A stretch of DNA of 64,000 nt, taken from positions 253,260-317,259 of IMG/VR virus record IMGVR_UViG_3300032242_003291. One strand, given 5' to 3'. This document shows, one piece after another, positions 1 to 10,688 of this stretch. The notes below the pieces were generated by a model. The model had not been told where the DNA came from, ran no database searches, and was given only the letters and a program-made list of their open reading frames with translations. The translations under genes were made by a program, and so were the position numbers. Position 1 is the stretch's first letter. The number at the start of each line of letters is the position of its first letter.

Positions 1-483
1 TCAGAACAAGGTCATCCTGATTATGTCGAAGTTAACATGGAAAATGTTAAAAGAATAGTTGACGACAAAGAATCTATGATTGAACTTTTAGATAACCAAC
101 TACACGATTTGAAAAGTGAGTTGTATTCAATCCATAGTAGTGCATATAACGACGCATATGAATCAGAGATTTGGGACGAGATATTTGATGAATTAAAAAT
201 TTATATAATAGGTTCAGGTGAATGGATAACCAAATCACACCCTTATAAAAAAAATACAGAAATTCAATATTTTAAGGTACCTTTGGTAGACTTTGAATCA
301 AATATAAACGATTACTTAATTAATAATAAAGGTTACGGTCAATCGGGGACGTTGGAGTATCACGGTAGTTACATCGATATCATGGCTGAAGATAGAGATT
401 GTTTAAGTATAAGAGTACCTGATTATCCTGATTCAAGGAAAGTTGATAAAAATATTAATTTATACTTCAAAGATTATATTTAA
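1..483 (+). CDS. hypothetical protein, probably 5'-truncated by the window
   Basis: Frame is open from base 1 (SEQGHPDYVEVN precedes the ATG at 37); its stop overlaps the next ATG (TAATG). Confidence 0.7.
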   Translation, partial: SEQGHPDYVEVNMENVKRIVDDKESMIELLDNQLHDLKSELYSIHSSAYNDAYESEIWDEIFDELKIYIIGSGEWITKSHPYKKNTEIQYFKVPLVDFESNINDYLINNKGYGQSGTLEYHGSYIDIMAEDRDCLSIRVPDYPDSRKVDKNINLYFKDYI

Positions 484-1271
484 TGAAAATTGAACAAATG
501 ATACATAAAGTTTTAGAGGAACAAAGAGGTTTTACCCCACACAAAAATCCTCCTAAGAACATCAAGAATATTCTATCTCAGATTGAATTGTTTGAAATGT
601 ATCCAAAGATTTTTGCCCTTGTGATTAAAGATGATAAGTTAAGAGCCAGAGTATTCATGCGTTACCAAGAGTTCTACGAATCGGACTCTGATTCATTCAG
701 AGGTAAAGGATTCAAATGGTATGACTACGTTAAATTCTATAAAGAAAAGACAAAGAAAGATTACTTCTCATATCACGAAGATTGGGCAGGATATAATATT
801 CCATGTACTTCTATTGAGTCATGTATGGCTGTTATCCCCGACCTTAACTTCTATGATTTAATAATGTTCAGTGTTGTTGATACAATCAGAGAACAAGTTG
901 GTAGTGAAAACTTTTATTTAATTGGTATTGACCAATCAACAGGAGAAGACCCATCACTTATATTCCATGAGGTTGCTCACGGATTATGGTTTTCATCCGC
1001 AGTATACAAAGCAAAACAATCTAAGAACATAGAAAGATTAAAACCTTTTGTTAGAGATGCAGTTGCGAAAAAGATTACTGGTATGGGTTATGGTGAAAAC
1101 GTTGTGGATGATGAGATTCAAGCATATTTATCTACAGGTATTGGTGATAACATGACAAGAATAAAAGATATCAAACAAGCCCAAATTCCATTCAAAGAAA
1201 CATTTGATTCTTATGCTGGTAAAATAAAACCAAAAAAGATTCAAATTGATTGGAGTACTGACTTAGACTAA
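483..1271 (+). CDS. HEXXH (zincin-like) putative metallopeptidase
   Basis: HEVAH followed by a downstream DEIQAY Glu; N-terminal MKIEQMIHKVLEEQ tag. Confidence 0.6.
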   Translation: MKIEQMIHKVLEEQRGFTPHKNPPKNIKNILSQIELFEMYPKIFALVIKDDKLRARVFMRYQEFYESDSDSFRGKGFKWYDYVKFYKEKTKKDYFSYHEDWAGYNIPCTSIESCMAVIPDLNFYDLIMFSVVDTIREQVGSENFYLIGIDQSTGEDPSLIFHEVAHGLWFSSAVYKAKQSKNIERLKPFVRDAVAKKITGMGYGENVVDDEIQAYLSTGIGDNMTRIKDIKQAQIPFKETFDSYAGKIKPKKIQIDWSTDLD

Positions 1272-2125
1272 TGATTAAATTTATTAACATATTAGAAAAC
1301 GTTATATCAGAACAAAAGAAATATCAATTTCATCCTGAAGTACTTCAGAAGTTAAAAGATATTACAAATAGACTTTGGAATGATAGAAAAAAGAAATACA
1401 AAGGGAGAACATTAGTCGACTCTTTAATATTTCACGTTGCTGATGGTACTGAAGGTTTAGTTAAGTTTTATGTAAATCCTGATTTACCATACATTGGTTT
1501 CATGGATACTGAACCAAAAAAATCTACAAATCCTAAAGATATATACATTGATGTTAATCCTAAAAACTACGAAAGTAAAAAGAATTTATATCTCACACTA
1601 TATCATGAAATGATTCATGCGTCAGACCCTAATTTGTCAACCAAGATGACTAAAAAATACATGTCAACTTATGATGAGAATAGTGATGAAAAGTATTGGG
1701 GTCATCCAATTGAATTCTTTGCAATAACTAACGAATTTTTGGAAGGCTTGATAAATGAATTCCAACTAAGAGTGTTCAGATTAAGAAATGTTGAAAATAA
1801 AAAAGCACTAATCAAATCATTTAATAACATATTAAATTATTTTTCAAAAGGTGAAAAGTTATCAAGATTATCTTTGAATATTTTGGACAGAATAAATGAT
1901 ACTGGTGTAGTTGAAGATAAATTCAAAAGAGTTTTTTCAGATATTTCAGTTGAAAGTCCAATTTCTTCTGAATTAGTTAAGTCTGAAGATGAAGAACCAT
2001 ATTATTTAACATATATTAATTTAATCAAAAAATACAATCCGAAAATTTGGACAAGGTTTTTAACGATGTTATATAAAGCAAAGGAAGATGTTGAAGATGT
2101 GATAAATAAAAAGGGACTTAAATAA
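1271..2125 (+). CDS. HEXXH (zincin-like) putative metallopeptidase
   Basis: LYHEMIH followed by [10 protein letters not shown]; N-terminal [15 protein letters not shown] tag. Confidence 0.6.
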   Translation: MIKFINILENVISEQKKYQFHPEVLQKLKDITNRLWNDRKKKYKGRTLVDSLIFHVADGTEGLVKFYVNPDLPYIGFMDTEPKKSTNPKDIYIDVNPKNYESKKNLYLTLYHEMIHASDPNLSTKMTKKYMSTYDENSDEKYWGHPIEFFAITNEFLEGLINEFQLRVFRLRNVENKKALIKSFNNILNYFSKGEKLSRLSLNILDRINDTGVVEDKFKRVFSDISVESPISSELVKSEDEEPYYLTYINLIKKYNPKIWTRFLTMLYKAKEDVEDVINKKGLK

Positions 2126-2134
2126 GTCCCTTTT
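2109..2134. terminator. bidirectional intrinsic terminator overlapping two convergent stop codons
   Basis: AAAAGGGACTT-AAAT-AAGTCCCTTTT perfect inverted repeat. Confidence 0.8.
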
Positions 2135-3941
2135 CTTTTGCTATTAATTCCAATTTGTCTAATTTGTTTTGACTAACTTCAAGAATAACCGATTGTTCTT
2201 TTATTGCTTCAATACATAATGCAACAATATCTTGATATTTAACTCTTAAAATTTCAGGTTCTTCACCCATTACTACTTCGGGTAATGCGATTTTAAGCTC
2301 TTGAGCGATAAACCCTATGTCTCTTCTTTCATTATTTCCACCTGCTCCGTTTTTCCAAAAGAAACTAACCCCTCTAATTTTTTTAATTGTATTAATTGAA
2401 TCTTTTATTATTTGGATATCTTTCTTAAACCTTTGGTCTGATGGACCTGGAGGACCCGTTGGTCCTGTTGGTCCTGGCGCTCCTGTATCACCTGGTGCGC
2501 CTCCAGGTCCTGTCGGTCCTGTAGGTCCTTGAGGACCTTGTGGACCTGTATATCCTGTTGGTCCTCTACCTCCTTGTGGACCTGTTGGTCCTTGTGGTCC
2601 TGTTGGTCCTGTTGGACCTGGTGCACCACCACCACCTTGGCTTCCTTGAGCTCCTGTAGCACCTCCACCTCCTTGAGCACCCTGAGCACCTCCAGGTCCT
2701 GTTGGTCCTGTTGCACCTTGTGGTCCTCTTGGTCCCTGTGGCCCCGTTGCCCCTTGGGCTCCTTGACCTCCTGTTCCTCCTTGGGCTCCCTGAGCTCCTT
2801 GAGCTCCACCAGCTCCTTGAGCTCCCTGAGCTCCTACGGGTGATGGTCCTGGTATTCCTGTTGCACCTTGAGCACCTTGAGCTCCTGTAGCACCTCCACC
2901 TCCTTGTGCACCTTGTGCACCTTGGCTTCCTCCAGGACCTTGTGCACCTTGGTTTCCTCCAGGACCTTGAGCTCCTTGCGCACCTTGTCCTCCTGTAGCA
3001 CCTTGGGCTCCTGTTGAACCTCCGCCTCCTTGTGCACCTTGCGCACCCTGTCCTCCTGTTGCTCCTTGAGCCCCTTGTGGTCCTTGGACTAAAATTCCTG
3101 TTGGTCCTTGAGCACCTGTAGCACCTTGTGGACCTGTAGCTCCTTGAGCACCTGTGATTCCCTGAGCTCCTTGAAACCCTTGTGCTCCTTGACCTCCTTG
3201 AGCACCTACTGAACCTAAACTTCCTTGAGCACCTTGTCCTCCTGTAGTTCCTTGAGCACCTTGTGGTCCAGCATTTCCTTGAGCACCTTGAAATCCTTGG
3301 GCTCCGATTGCACCTTGTGAACCTGTTGCTCCCTGTCCTCCCTGAGCCCCTTGGGCACCTTGTCCTCCTGTTGAACCCGCACCCCCCTGTGCACCTTGTC
3401 CTCCTTGAGCACCTTGAGCTCCTTGTCCTCCTGTCGGTCCTTGAGCACCTTGTGCTCCTGAAGCACCTTGAGCACCCTGAGCGCCTTGTCCTCCCTGAGC
3501 ACCCTGAGCGCCCGTTGCTCCTCCTCCTCCTTGAGCACCCTGAGCACCTTGTCCTCCTTGAGCACCCTGAGTTGTACTGTTAGCTCCTTGTGCTCCCGCA
3601 GTTCCTTGGGCTCCTTGCGCACCTTGGATTCCCTGAGCTCCTTGAGCTCCTTGAGCACCTTGAGCCCCTGTTGGTCCTGATGGTCCTGCTGGTTGAGCAC
3701 TTCCTTTCCAACCTGTACTATCTATTAAAGTTCCAAATGAATTAATTAAAGATGTACCTAATCTTAAGTCAGCATTCGAAACTGCTATTGTTGGTTGAGT
3801 CGAATTAAATGCTATATAGGTTGTTGCACCTCTTTTGAATTTAATTGAACCAGATTCAATGACCATTGTTGTTACTGTACTCGCAGTATCACTAAAATCA
3901 ATTTTGCCCGACCCTGGGGTTATAATTATATCTTCAGCCAC
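2118..3941 (-). CDS. collagen-like fibre with C-terminal intramolecular chaperone (peptidase S74)
   Basis: About 415 aa of Gly-X-Y (GAQ/GPT/GAT), then SDQRFKKDI...GFIAQE...Y and a terminal coiled coil. Confidence 0.9.
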   Translation of the reverse strand: MAEDIIITPGSGKIDFSDTASTVTTMVIESGSIKFKRGATTYIAFNSTQPTIAVSNADLRLGTSLINSFGTLIDSTGWKGSAQPAGPSGPTGAQGAQGAQGAQGIQGAQGAQGTAGAQGANSTTQGAQGGQGAQGAQGGGGATGAQGAQGGQGAQGAQGASGAQGAQGPTGGQGAQGAQGGQGAQGGAGSTGGQGAQGAQGGQGATGSQGAIGAQGFQGAQGNAGPQGAQGTTGGQGAQGSLGSVGAQGGQGAQGFQGAQGITGAQGATGPQGATGAQGPTGILVQGPQGAQGATGGQGAQGAQGGGGSTGAQGATGGQGAQGAQGPGGNQGAQGPGGSQGAQGAQGGGGATGAQGAQGATGIPGPSPVGAQGAQGAGGAQGAQGAQGGTGGQGAQGATGPQGPRGPQGATGPTGPGGAQGAQGGGGATGAQGSQGGGGAPGPTGPTGPQGPTGPQGGRGPTGYTGPQGPQGPTGPTGPGGAPGDTGAPGPTGPTGPPGPSDQRFKKDIQIIKDSINTIKKIRGVSFFWKNGAGGNNERRDIGFIAQELKIALPEVVMGEEPEILRVKYQDIVALCIEAIKEQSVILEVSQNKLDKLELIAKEKGLI

Positions 3942-5820
3942 CTATTAACTCTTTTAGTTTGTTTATTCTTTGATAGATAGAATCAATTATTTTTTGTTGT
4001 TCTTGTATTGAACCAATACCCAAACTAACCATCGCACCATATTCTACGGATTTGTATCCGTCTTCATCAGTAAATACTAATTCGGGAACTATATTTTCAA
4101 CTTGTTGAGCAATAACACCAATAGCATTACCTTGAAAGGCTTCAGGTACTTCAATATTTTTGTCATTTATAATTTTCGGATGATTATAATCCCAAACGAA
4201 ACTAACTCCTTCTATTTGTTTTGTTTTGCCGTAAACATCAGACAAAGGTTTAATATTATCTTTTAATCTTCTATCTGATGGAGGGCCTTGTGGTCCTTGA
4301 GGTCCTGTTGGTCCTTGAGCACCTTGGGCACCTTGTCCTCCCATACCACCCTGTGGTCCTGTAGGTCCTACGTTTCCTTGAGGTCCTGTGTATCCGTATG
4401 GTCCTTGTGGTCCTGTGGCACCTTGTGGTCCTGTGGCACCTTGAGGTCCTGTTGGTCCTCCAACACCTTGAGCACCTGTTGCTCCTCCACCACCCTGAGA
4501 ACCTTGCGCACCTGTTGCTCCTCCACCACCTGTCGCTCCTTGAGCTCCTTGGAATCCTTGAGCACCTCCTGGTCCTCCTGGCCCTTGAGCACCTTGTGGA
4601 CCACCTGGTCCTGTGGCACCCGTCGCACCTGCAGTTCCACTTGCTGCCCCTTGAGCTCCTTGAGCTCCTTGACCTCCAGTTCCACCTTGAGGTCCCGTAG
4701 GTCCTTGAGCACCTGTTGCTCCTCCTCCACCTGCGGTTCCTTGAGCTCCTTGAGCTCCAGTTGTGGCACTTGCAGCACCTTGAGCACCTGTTGGTCCCTG
4801 AGAACCTTGAGCACCTTGAGCACCTGTTGTTCCACCCTGAGCACCTTGAGCACCAGTACCTCCTTGAGCGCCTTGGGCACCTTGAGCACCTGTTGTTCCA
4901 CCTTGTGCTCCTTGAGCTCCTGTGGCACCTTGAGGACCTAATCCTCCTTGAGCCCCTGTGGCACCTTGAGCACCTGTTGAACCTTGAGCACCTTGAGCAC
5001 CTGTTGAACCTTGAGCACCTTGTACACCACCTTGAGCTCCTTGAGCTCCTTGAGCACCTTGTGGACCTTGTGGGCCTTGAGCACCTTGAGTAAGTCCTTG
5101 AGCTCCTTGAGCACCTGTAGCTCCTTGAAAACCCTGAGCTCCTTGAGCTCCTGTTACCACACTTGCACTTCCTTGAGCTCCTTGGGCTCCTGTATTCCCT
5201 GTGGCTCCCTGAGCTCCAGTTGTCACACCTTGAGCCCCTTGTGCTCCCTGAGCTCCCGTATTTCCTGTAGCTCCTTGAGCCCCTGTATTAGCACCTTGTG
5301 CACCTTGAGCACCTGTTGAGCCTTGAGCCCCTGTATTACCTTGAGCCCCTGTGTTGGCACCTTGTGCACCTTGGGCACCTGTCGAACCTTGAGCACCTGT
5401 TGCCCCTTGAGCACCTGTCGCCCCTTGAGCACCTGTTGTACCTATAGTACCTTGAGCCCCTGCTGAACCTTGAGCCCCTGTAGGACCTGTGTTACCTGGA
5501 GCTCCTGTTGCTCCTTGAGCACCTTGACCACCTTGTGCACCTGCGGAGCCTTGAGCACCTGCTATACCTGATGTGGGTCCAACCCAAACTCCTGTATTAT
5601 CAATCATCTTAAGACCACCAACATATAAATTACCTGTTACTGAAGTTCCACTTGAAACCATAGTATCTGTAATTGTTGATGAACTTGTGTTAGTTGAAGA
5701 TGAAAAAACAATTTGACCATTTTGTACATCTATTGCCATCAAATTTGTTCCGTCATTAAACAACGCGTAAGGGTCAGTAATAGTTCCTTTACCTTGTGGA
5801 TATATAATTACATTAGCCAT
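3934..5820 (-). CDS. collagen-like fibre with C-terminal intramolecular chaperone (peptidase S74)
   Basis: About 425 aa of Gly-X-Y, then SDRRLKDNI...GVIAQQVE...VEY. Confidence 0.9.
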   Translation of the reverse strand: MANVIIYPQGKGTITDPYALFNDGTNLMAIDVQNGQIVFSSSTNTSSSTITDTMVSSGTSVTGNLYVGGLKMIDNTGVWVGPTSGIAGAQGSAGAQGGQGAQGATGAPGNTGPTGAQGSAGAQGTIGTTGAQGATGAQGATGAQGSTGAQGAQGANTGAQGNTGAQGSTGAQGAQGANTGAQGATGNTGAQGAQGAQGVTTGAQGATGNTGAQGAQGSASVVTGAQGAQGFQGATGAQGAQGLTQGAQGPQGPQGAQGAQGAQGGVQGAQGSTGAQGAQGSTGAQGATGAQGGLGPQGATGAQGAQGGTTGAQGAQGAQGGTGAQGAQGGTTGAQGAQGSQGPTGAQGAASATTGAQGAQGTAGGGGATGAQGPTGPQGGTGGQGAQGAQGAASGTAGATGATGPGGPQGAQGPGGPGGAQGFQGAQGATGGGGATGAQGSQGGGGATGAQGVGGPTGPQGATGPQGATGPQGPYGYTGPQGNVGPTGPQGGMGGQGAQGAQGPTGPQGPQGPPSDRRLKDNIKPLSDVYGKTKQIEGVSFVWDYNHPKIINDKNIEVPEAFQGNAIGVIAQQVENIVPELVFTDEDGYKSVEYGAMVSLGIGSIQEQQKIIDSIYQRINKLKELIGG

Positions 5821-8800
5821 TAATTCAATTTATTTTCTAAGTCTTTTAATTGTTCTTCGATGTCTTCAATAAATACTTGTTGTTCTTTTATACCTTCAAC
5901 TAAAACCGCATTTAATTTAGCATACTCAACTTTATAATATCCATCTTCCGTAGTTTGTATTACTTCAGGGTAATATTCTCTAACGTTTTGTGCAATTAAT
6001 CCAATTGAGTGTAATCTATCTTGTTTTTGATAATAAACGTATTGACTTGGATTTAATTTTTCGTTCCAATCAAATTCAACAACATCAAACTTCAATATAG
6101 ATTTCAATGTATCAGGAATTGTTTCAATTCCTTGTTTTAATCTTCTATCTGAACAAAATCCCTGTGCAGACCAATAACTTCGATTATCTAAGTAACCGTA
6201 AACACCACAGATTTTAACGTAATTATTTTCAATTCCTGTACCCGAGTTATTAAATGTTTGACATGCATAGTACGTAGGATATAAAAGTCCATATCCTCTT
6301 GATGAAATATTACATGCATAGTCATTTCCAAAAACTAAACCACCATTACCATAATAACAAGCATAGCTTATAGAAGGTCCCCATTCGATACTAAGACTAT
6401 AACAAGTTTGATATGCTGATGGACCTGTCGGACCTGCTGGACCTGATGGGCCTTGAGCTCCTTGCGCTCCTTGATAACCAGTAGGTCCTGTATATCCGTA
6501 TGGTCCTGGAGGGCCGTAGGGTCCTGTTGGTCCTTGTGGCCCTGTTGGTCCTGTTGGTCCTGTACCACCTTGAGGTCCTTGTGGTCCAGTACCTCCCTGT
6601 GCCCCTGTTGCACCTCCACCACCTTGTGACCCTTGTGCACCTGTCGCACCTTGTGGGCCTGTTGGACCTGTCGGTCCCGTGGCTCCTTGTGCTCCTGTGG
6701 CACCACCTCCTCCTGTGCTACCTTGAGCTCCTTGAGCTCCTGTTGGACCTCCTGGACCTGTTGGACCTGTGGGTCCACGAGAACCTTGACCTCCTGGTGC
6801 TCCTGTTGAACCTTGTGGTCCCGCCGCGCCTCCACCTCCTTGAGCTCCTTGAGCTCCTTGTCCTCCTTGTGCTCCTGTATTACCTGTGGCTCCTTGTGGA
6901 CCTCTTGTTCCTGTAGCACCTGGTGAACCTTGAGCTCCTGTGGCACCTCCCGCTCCTTGTGGACCAACATTACCCGTATTTCCTTGTGCACCTTGGTTCC
7001 CTGTACCACCCGTAGCACCTGTTGGACCTCTAAAACCTACAGCTCCTTGTGCCCCTGTTGGTCCTACTGGACCTTGAGCACCTTGTGGTCCTGTGGCTCC
7101 TTGTGCCCCTGTATTACCTTGAGCCCCTTGTGGACCTTGAGCACCTTGTGGGCCTGAAGCTCCTTGTGCACCTGTAGGTCCTTGTGCCCCTGTACTACCT
7201 TGAGCCCCTTGTGGTCCTACAAAACCTGTATTACCTTGTGCACCTATATTACCTTGAGCTCCTTGTCCACCTGTTGGTCCACGTGAACCTTGTGCTCCTT
7301 GTCCTCCTTGAGCTCCTGTATCCCCTCCCGTTCCTGTTGGACCTACAGCACCTGTGGCACCTCCCAAACCTTGTGAACCATTTGCTCCCGTCGCACCTTG
7401 TGGTCCTGGTGCACCTGTTTTTTTTATGATTAAGTTGTAGTTATTACCAATAGTTAGAGAACCAACAAAAGAATCATTAGTAAGTATAGCATAAAATGTA
7501 CCAAAATCAGTTACACTTGTAATTAAAGTATTTATCCAACCATTAGTACCATCAGTATATGTAAGTGAATCACCAACATAAGGTAAAGCTAATGTATTTC
7601 CATTAAAATCAGTTTTGTTTACATTTGCTCTTTTTGCTAATGATTTATATAATTGTCCTGCGTCATTCGAAAAAGCATATTGATACGGGTTTGTATTACC
7701 TGCATAACCTTGAGCCCCTTGACCTCCTTGCGACCCTGTATTACCTGTGCTACCTTGGGAGCCTGTTGCACCTTGAGCACCTGTATTACCTTGAGCACCT
7801 GTATTACCTTGAGCCCCTTGTCCTCCTTGTGCTCCTGTTGTACCAACAGCTCCTTGAGCTCCTGTTGTACCTTGTGTACCTTGCGGTCCTTTATATCCAA
7901 CACATTTACCTACACAACTTGTATATGCATATCCTGTTGGACAAGTGTATCCTGATGAAATATATATTCCATTTACGTTTTGAACAACTTCTGCACTTGT
8001 TTTACCACTTGATGATGAAATAATATTCAATTGGGAAACACTTGTAGCTGCCGTTAATTGGGCTAATGTATTATCATAAACTTCATATCCAAAACCTTGG
8101 ATTGAACCTTCGTTCAGTCCATAAAGTTCTAAAGTATGATTTCCCCCAGACAAAGTAATTGGATAGACGTTCCAATATTTGAATGTATTAGGACTTCCTG
8201 AAGTTGAAGGGGTATATGTATTTACAACATCTGTTGAATCTAATCTAAGTCTGTATTCGTTGTCCGCACCAACACCAATATAGTAGGTTTTACCAGCAGT
8301 TATTCCTGACAAACATGTAGAATAACCATACCAATAATAATCTTGTACTGTTGAACCTGATTTACCAGACCTATTTAATGGTCCGTCAAGTCCACTTGGT
8401 TGAGTTCTTCTCCAAACACCAGCATTTAATGACGTTGCTTGAACAGTACCAGAACCATCAGTGGCATATCCTGAAGCGAAAAATCTTGTTCCAAAATCAC
8501 TATATTCAATAGCGGCCGTATTTGTTAATGAAACCGTAAAGGCTGGTGGTGTTGGGTCTATAATGTTACCTGTGTATCCTTGTGCACCTGCAGCACCTTG
8601 TGCACCTGAAATATTTGTGGTTGGTCCAACCCAACTTGATGTTGCGTTTATGACTTGAGTTCCGTTAACTCCAAAGTAACCTGTGACATTTAATGAACTA
8701 CCAATTGATATAATTGCGTTACTTGGCTGAATTGATAATACACTACTTTGTGTGGTCGAACTAAATTGTACTGTCGCACCTGATAAAACTTGTAAAGTAA

Positions 8801-8891
8801 GAGTTCCTGTATTAGTAAAATTGATGTAAGGTATACGTGTTGCCAACCTTGATACCGCATTACTCGGATAGATTATTATATTTTTAGCCAT
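5820..8891 (-). CDS. collagen-like fibre with inserted globular (PA14-like) domain, Cys/Tyr-rich tip and S74 chaperone
   Basis: Three Gly-X-Y segments, two globular inserts, then SDRRLKQGI...GLIAQNV. Confidence 0.85.
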   Translation of the reverse strand: MAKNIIIYPSNAVSRLATRIPYINFTNTGTLTLQVLSGATVQFSSTTQSSVLSIQPSNAIISIGSSLNVTGYFGVNGTQVINATSSWVGPTTNISGAQGAAGAQGYTGNIIDPTPPAFTVSLTNTAAIEYSDFGTRFFASGYATDGSGTVQATSLNAGVWRRTQPSGLDGPLNRSGKSGSTVQDYYWYGYSTCLSGITAGKTYYIGVGADNEYRLRLDSTDVVNTYTPSTSGSPNTFKYWNVYPITLSGGNHTLELYGLNEGSIQGFGYEVYDNTLAQLTAATSVSQLNIISSSSGKTSAEVVQNVNGIYISSGYTCPTGYAYTSCVGKCVGYKGPQGTQGTTGAQGAVGTTGAQGGQGAQGNTGAQGNTGAQGATGSQGSTGNTGSQGGQGAQGYAGNTNPYQYAFSNDAGQLYKSLAKRANVNKTDFNGNTLALPYVGDSLTYTDGTNGWINTLITSVTDFGTFYAILTNDSFVGSLTIGNNYNLIIKKTGAPGPQGATGANGSQGLGGATGAVGPTGTGGDTGAQGGQGAQGSRGPTGGQGAQGNIGAQGNTGFVGPQGAQGSTGAQGPTGAQGASGPQGAQGPQGAQGNTGAQGATGPQGAQGPVGPTGAQGAVGFRGPTGATGGTGNQGAQGNTGNVGPQGAGGATGAQGSPGATGTRGPQGATGNTGAQGGQGAQGAQGGGGAAGPQGSTGAPGGQGSRGPTGPTGPGGPTGAQGAQGSTGGGGATGAQGATGPTGPTGPQGATGAQGSQGGGGATGAQGGTGPQGPQGGTGPTGPTGPQGPTGPYGPPGPYGYTGPTGYQGAQGAQGPSGPAGPTGPSAYQTCYSLSIEWGPSISYACYYGNGGLVFGNDYACNISSRGYGLLYPTYYACQTFNNSGTGIENNYVKICGVYGYLDNRSYWSAQGFCSDRRLKQGIETIPDTLKSILKFDVVEFDWNEKLNPSQYVYYQKQDRLHSIGLIAQNVREYYPEVIQTTEDGYYKVEYAKLNAVLVEGIKEQQVFIEDIEEQLKDLENKLN

Positions 8892-8911
8892 GAACTAGTT
8901 TTCTATTATCC

Positions 8912-8919
8912 TATAAATA
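8912..8919 (-). promoter_or_regulatory. TATTTATA motif, putative late promoter for the fibre operon
   Basis: Lies 20 nt upstream of the ATG at 8891; the same 8-mer precedes several structural genes. Confidence 0.5.
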
Positions 8920-9008
8920 CAACGAAATTTATTATTAGTGGAATATTTCATTCCTTTTTATTTTTAATTTTACTATAATTTAGCCTACAATAAACACATA
9001 TTAATATT

Positions 9009-9746
9009 ATGACAATAAAGAAACCTTGTAGTAGAATTTTTTTAGTGAACTTATTTGCAGACTTTATATTATCAAAAATCCCTATTACTGAAAACTCAAT
9101 TATAAATGTAGTAGACTGCAAAAACTTTTTTGTTGTGAAAGGAAAAACTTCATCAAAAGATTTATTAAATTTATCTGAAATTATCACAGAATTTTCGAGT
9201 AAGTTTTCAAATTATATTATAGAAAATAAAATTACACATACAATTGATTTAATCGAATACGACCAAGAATTAAATCCATACAAAAATTCAACTTTTACAT
9301 ATTACAATAGTGACAATTGTTCTTACCATTACGAACAAATCAGTGCGTACAAACAAAAAGAATCATCATATGAGTATATTCATTTTCTAAATGAAATTAA
9401 TGATGAGGAATTTATTACACAATCAGAATTCCCACATGGGTACTCATTGGGACAAGGGAGATTATTATATTACTATGGTAAACATATAATGTATAATATT
9501 CCTTCAAATTATCCCGTTACTTATTTAACTTTCAATTTATCAACTGAAAAGAATGAGGATGGTGAACAATTATTTTCTATCGATAAAAATGAGGAATTAA
9601 CTTCTGCAGTATTAGATGTTTTTGATTTTGATATGAGTTGGTTAGAAACAGAAATGAAAAAAGTGGATTGGTCTGTTGAACTTACCAACCCACTTCAGGA
9701 TTATGATTTCTTAAAAAGAATTATTGACGGATTTATTATTATATAA
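9009..9746 (+). CDS. degenerate S-adenosylmethionine synthetase-like protein (catalytic motifs lost)
   Basis: NLFADFILSKI...FFVVKGKTSS..LNLSEII resembles the MetK N-domain; HGYSLGQGRLLYYYGKHIMYNI and LTSAVLDVFDF resemble the MetK C-domain. Confidence 0.55.
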   Translation: MTIKKPCSRIFLVNLFADFILSKIPITENSIINVVDCKNFFVVKGKTSSKDLLNLSEIITEFSSKFSNYIIENKITHTIDLIEYDQELNPYKNSTFTYYNSDNCSYHYEQISAYKQKESSYEYIHFLNEINDEEFITQSEFPHGYSLGQGRLLYYYGKHIMYNIPSNYPVTYLTFNLSTEKNEDGEQLFSIDKNEELTSAVLDVFDFDMSWLETEMKKVDWSVELTNPLQDYDFLKRIIDGFIII

Positions 9747-10038
9747 TTCCAACCTTTTTTCTATGATTATTAATGATATCAACAGCTTCGGTTAATTCCA
9801 TATAATCTCTATCAGGAGCATACAAGAATGATTCATAGGTTTCACCCTCACCTTCAATCACTAATAAAGCAGGTATCATATCATTTTCAGTTATTTTAGA
9901 ATACGTATCATATTCTTTTTCATGTTCGTGAATATCTCTATCAAAAAACTCAATTCCTTCTTTAACTAGCATTTCTTTGAATTGGTCACAAAAAGGACAC
10001 CCTTTCATAGTATAGACAATAACGTTTAAGTCTTTCAT
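9739..10038 (-). CDS. glutaredoxin-like protein
   Basis: VYTMKGCPFC and a cis-Pro loop (MIPAL). Confidence 0.85.
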   Translation of the reverse strand: MKDLNVIVYTMKGCPFCDQFKEMLVKEGIEFFDRDIHEHEKEYDTYSKITENDMIPALLVIEGEGETYESFLYAPDRDYMELTEAVDIINNHRKKVGII

Positions 10039-10039
10039 A

Positions 10040-10363
10040 TTAATCTAATAAGTTTAGCACTTCTCCTGGAGTCATCACACCTGGTCTTGAAAAAACCTCT
10101 TTACCCTCTTTGAAGATTTTTATAGTTGGTACACTTCTAATACCTAATTCATTGACAACGAATTCTTTATCAGTATCGATATCGTATTTGTAGATATTGT
10201 ATTTTGGAGCACTTGTTGATTCTTTAATTAAAGTTTCATTAACCTTTGATAGGTTGTTTAACATTATTTTACAAGGTCCGCACCATGTCGCAAATAAATC
10301 TAATACAAAATCTTCCCCATTTTGCATTTTTTCTTTAAGTTGGTCTGTTGTTAGTTGTTGCAT
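10040..10363 (-). CDS. trxA: thioredoxin
   Basis: FATWCGPCK and GIRSVPT. Confidence 0.9.
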   Translation of the reverse strand: MQQLTTDQLKEKMQNGEDFVLDLFATWCGPCKIMLNNLSKVNETLIKESTSAPKYNIYKYDIDTDKEFVVNELGIRSVPTIKIFKEGKEVFSRPGVMTPGEVLNLLD

Positions 10364-10688
10364 TTTTATATTGTTTTAATAATTGTGATAAGAACATGTA
10401 CAATTCTGTGTACTGTTTTACGTTATAATAAATAGTTAAATTTGAAATTATGTCTGAATGTGGAACTACTCTGAATTTAACGAATAAATAAAAGTTTTGT
10501 TGGCTTTCAAAAATTACTTCTTCAAATTTTATAATACCACTTTCATTCATTGATGACTTTTCATAAACTCTCGTTAACTTTTTTTCGTTTAGATATTTCA
10601 AAAAATCCCCTTTTAATTCAGGTGCAACCATTACCGAGAAGATTCCTTCATTTGATTCTATGTTTTTTATATATTCTGGTTTATCCAT
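10335..10688 (-). CDS. hypothetical protein
   Basis: 117-aa ORF coupled to both neighbours. Confidence 0.7.
   Translation of the reverse strand: MDKPEYIKNIESNEGIFSVMVAPELKGDFLKYLNEKKLTRVYEKSSMNESGIIKFEEVIFESQQNFYLFVKFRVVPHSDIISNLTIYYNVKQYTELYMFLSQLLKQYKNATTNNRPT

Noticed and set aside
2400-7900. Repeat arrays as possible CRISPR or non-coding repeats
   Set aside because: In-frame 9-nt coding units with synonymous variation; no repeat-spacer structure.
2317-8023. Many overlapping alternate-frame and antisense ORFs
   Set aside because: Shadows of the collagen codon repeats; low-complexity products.
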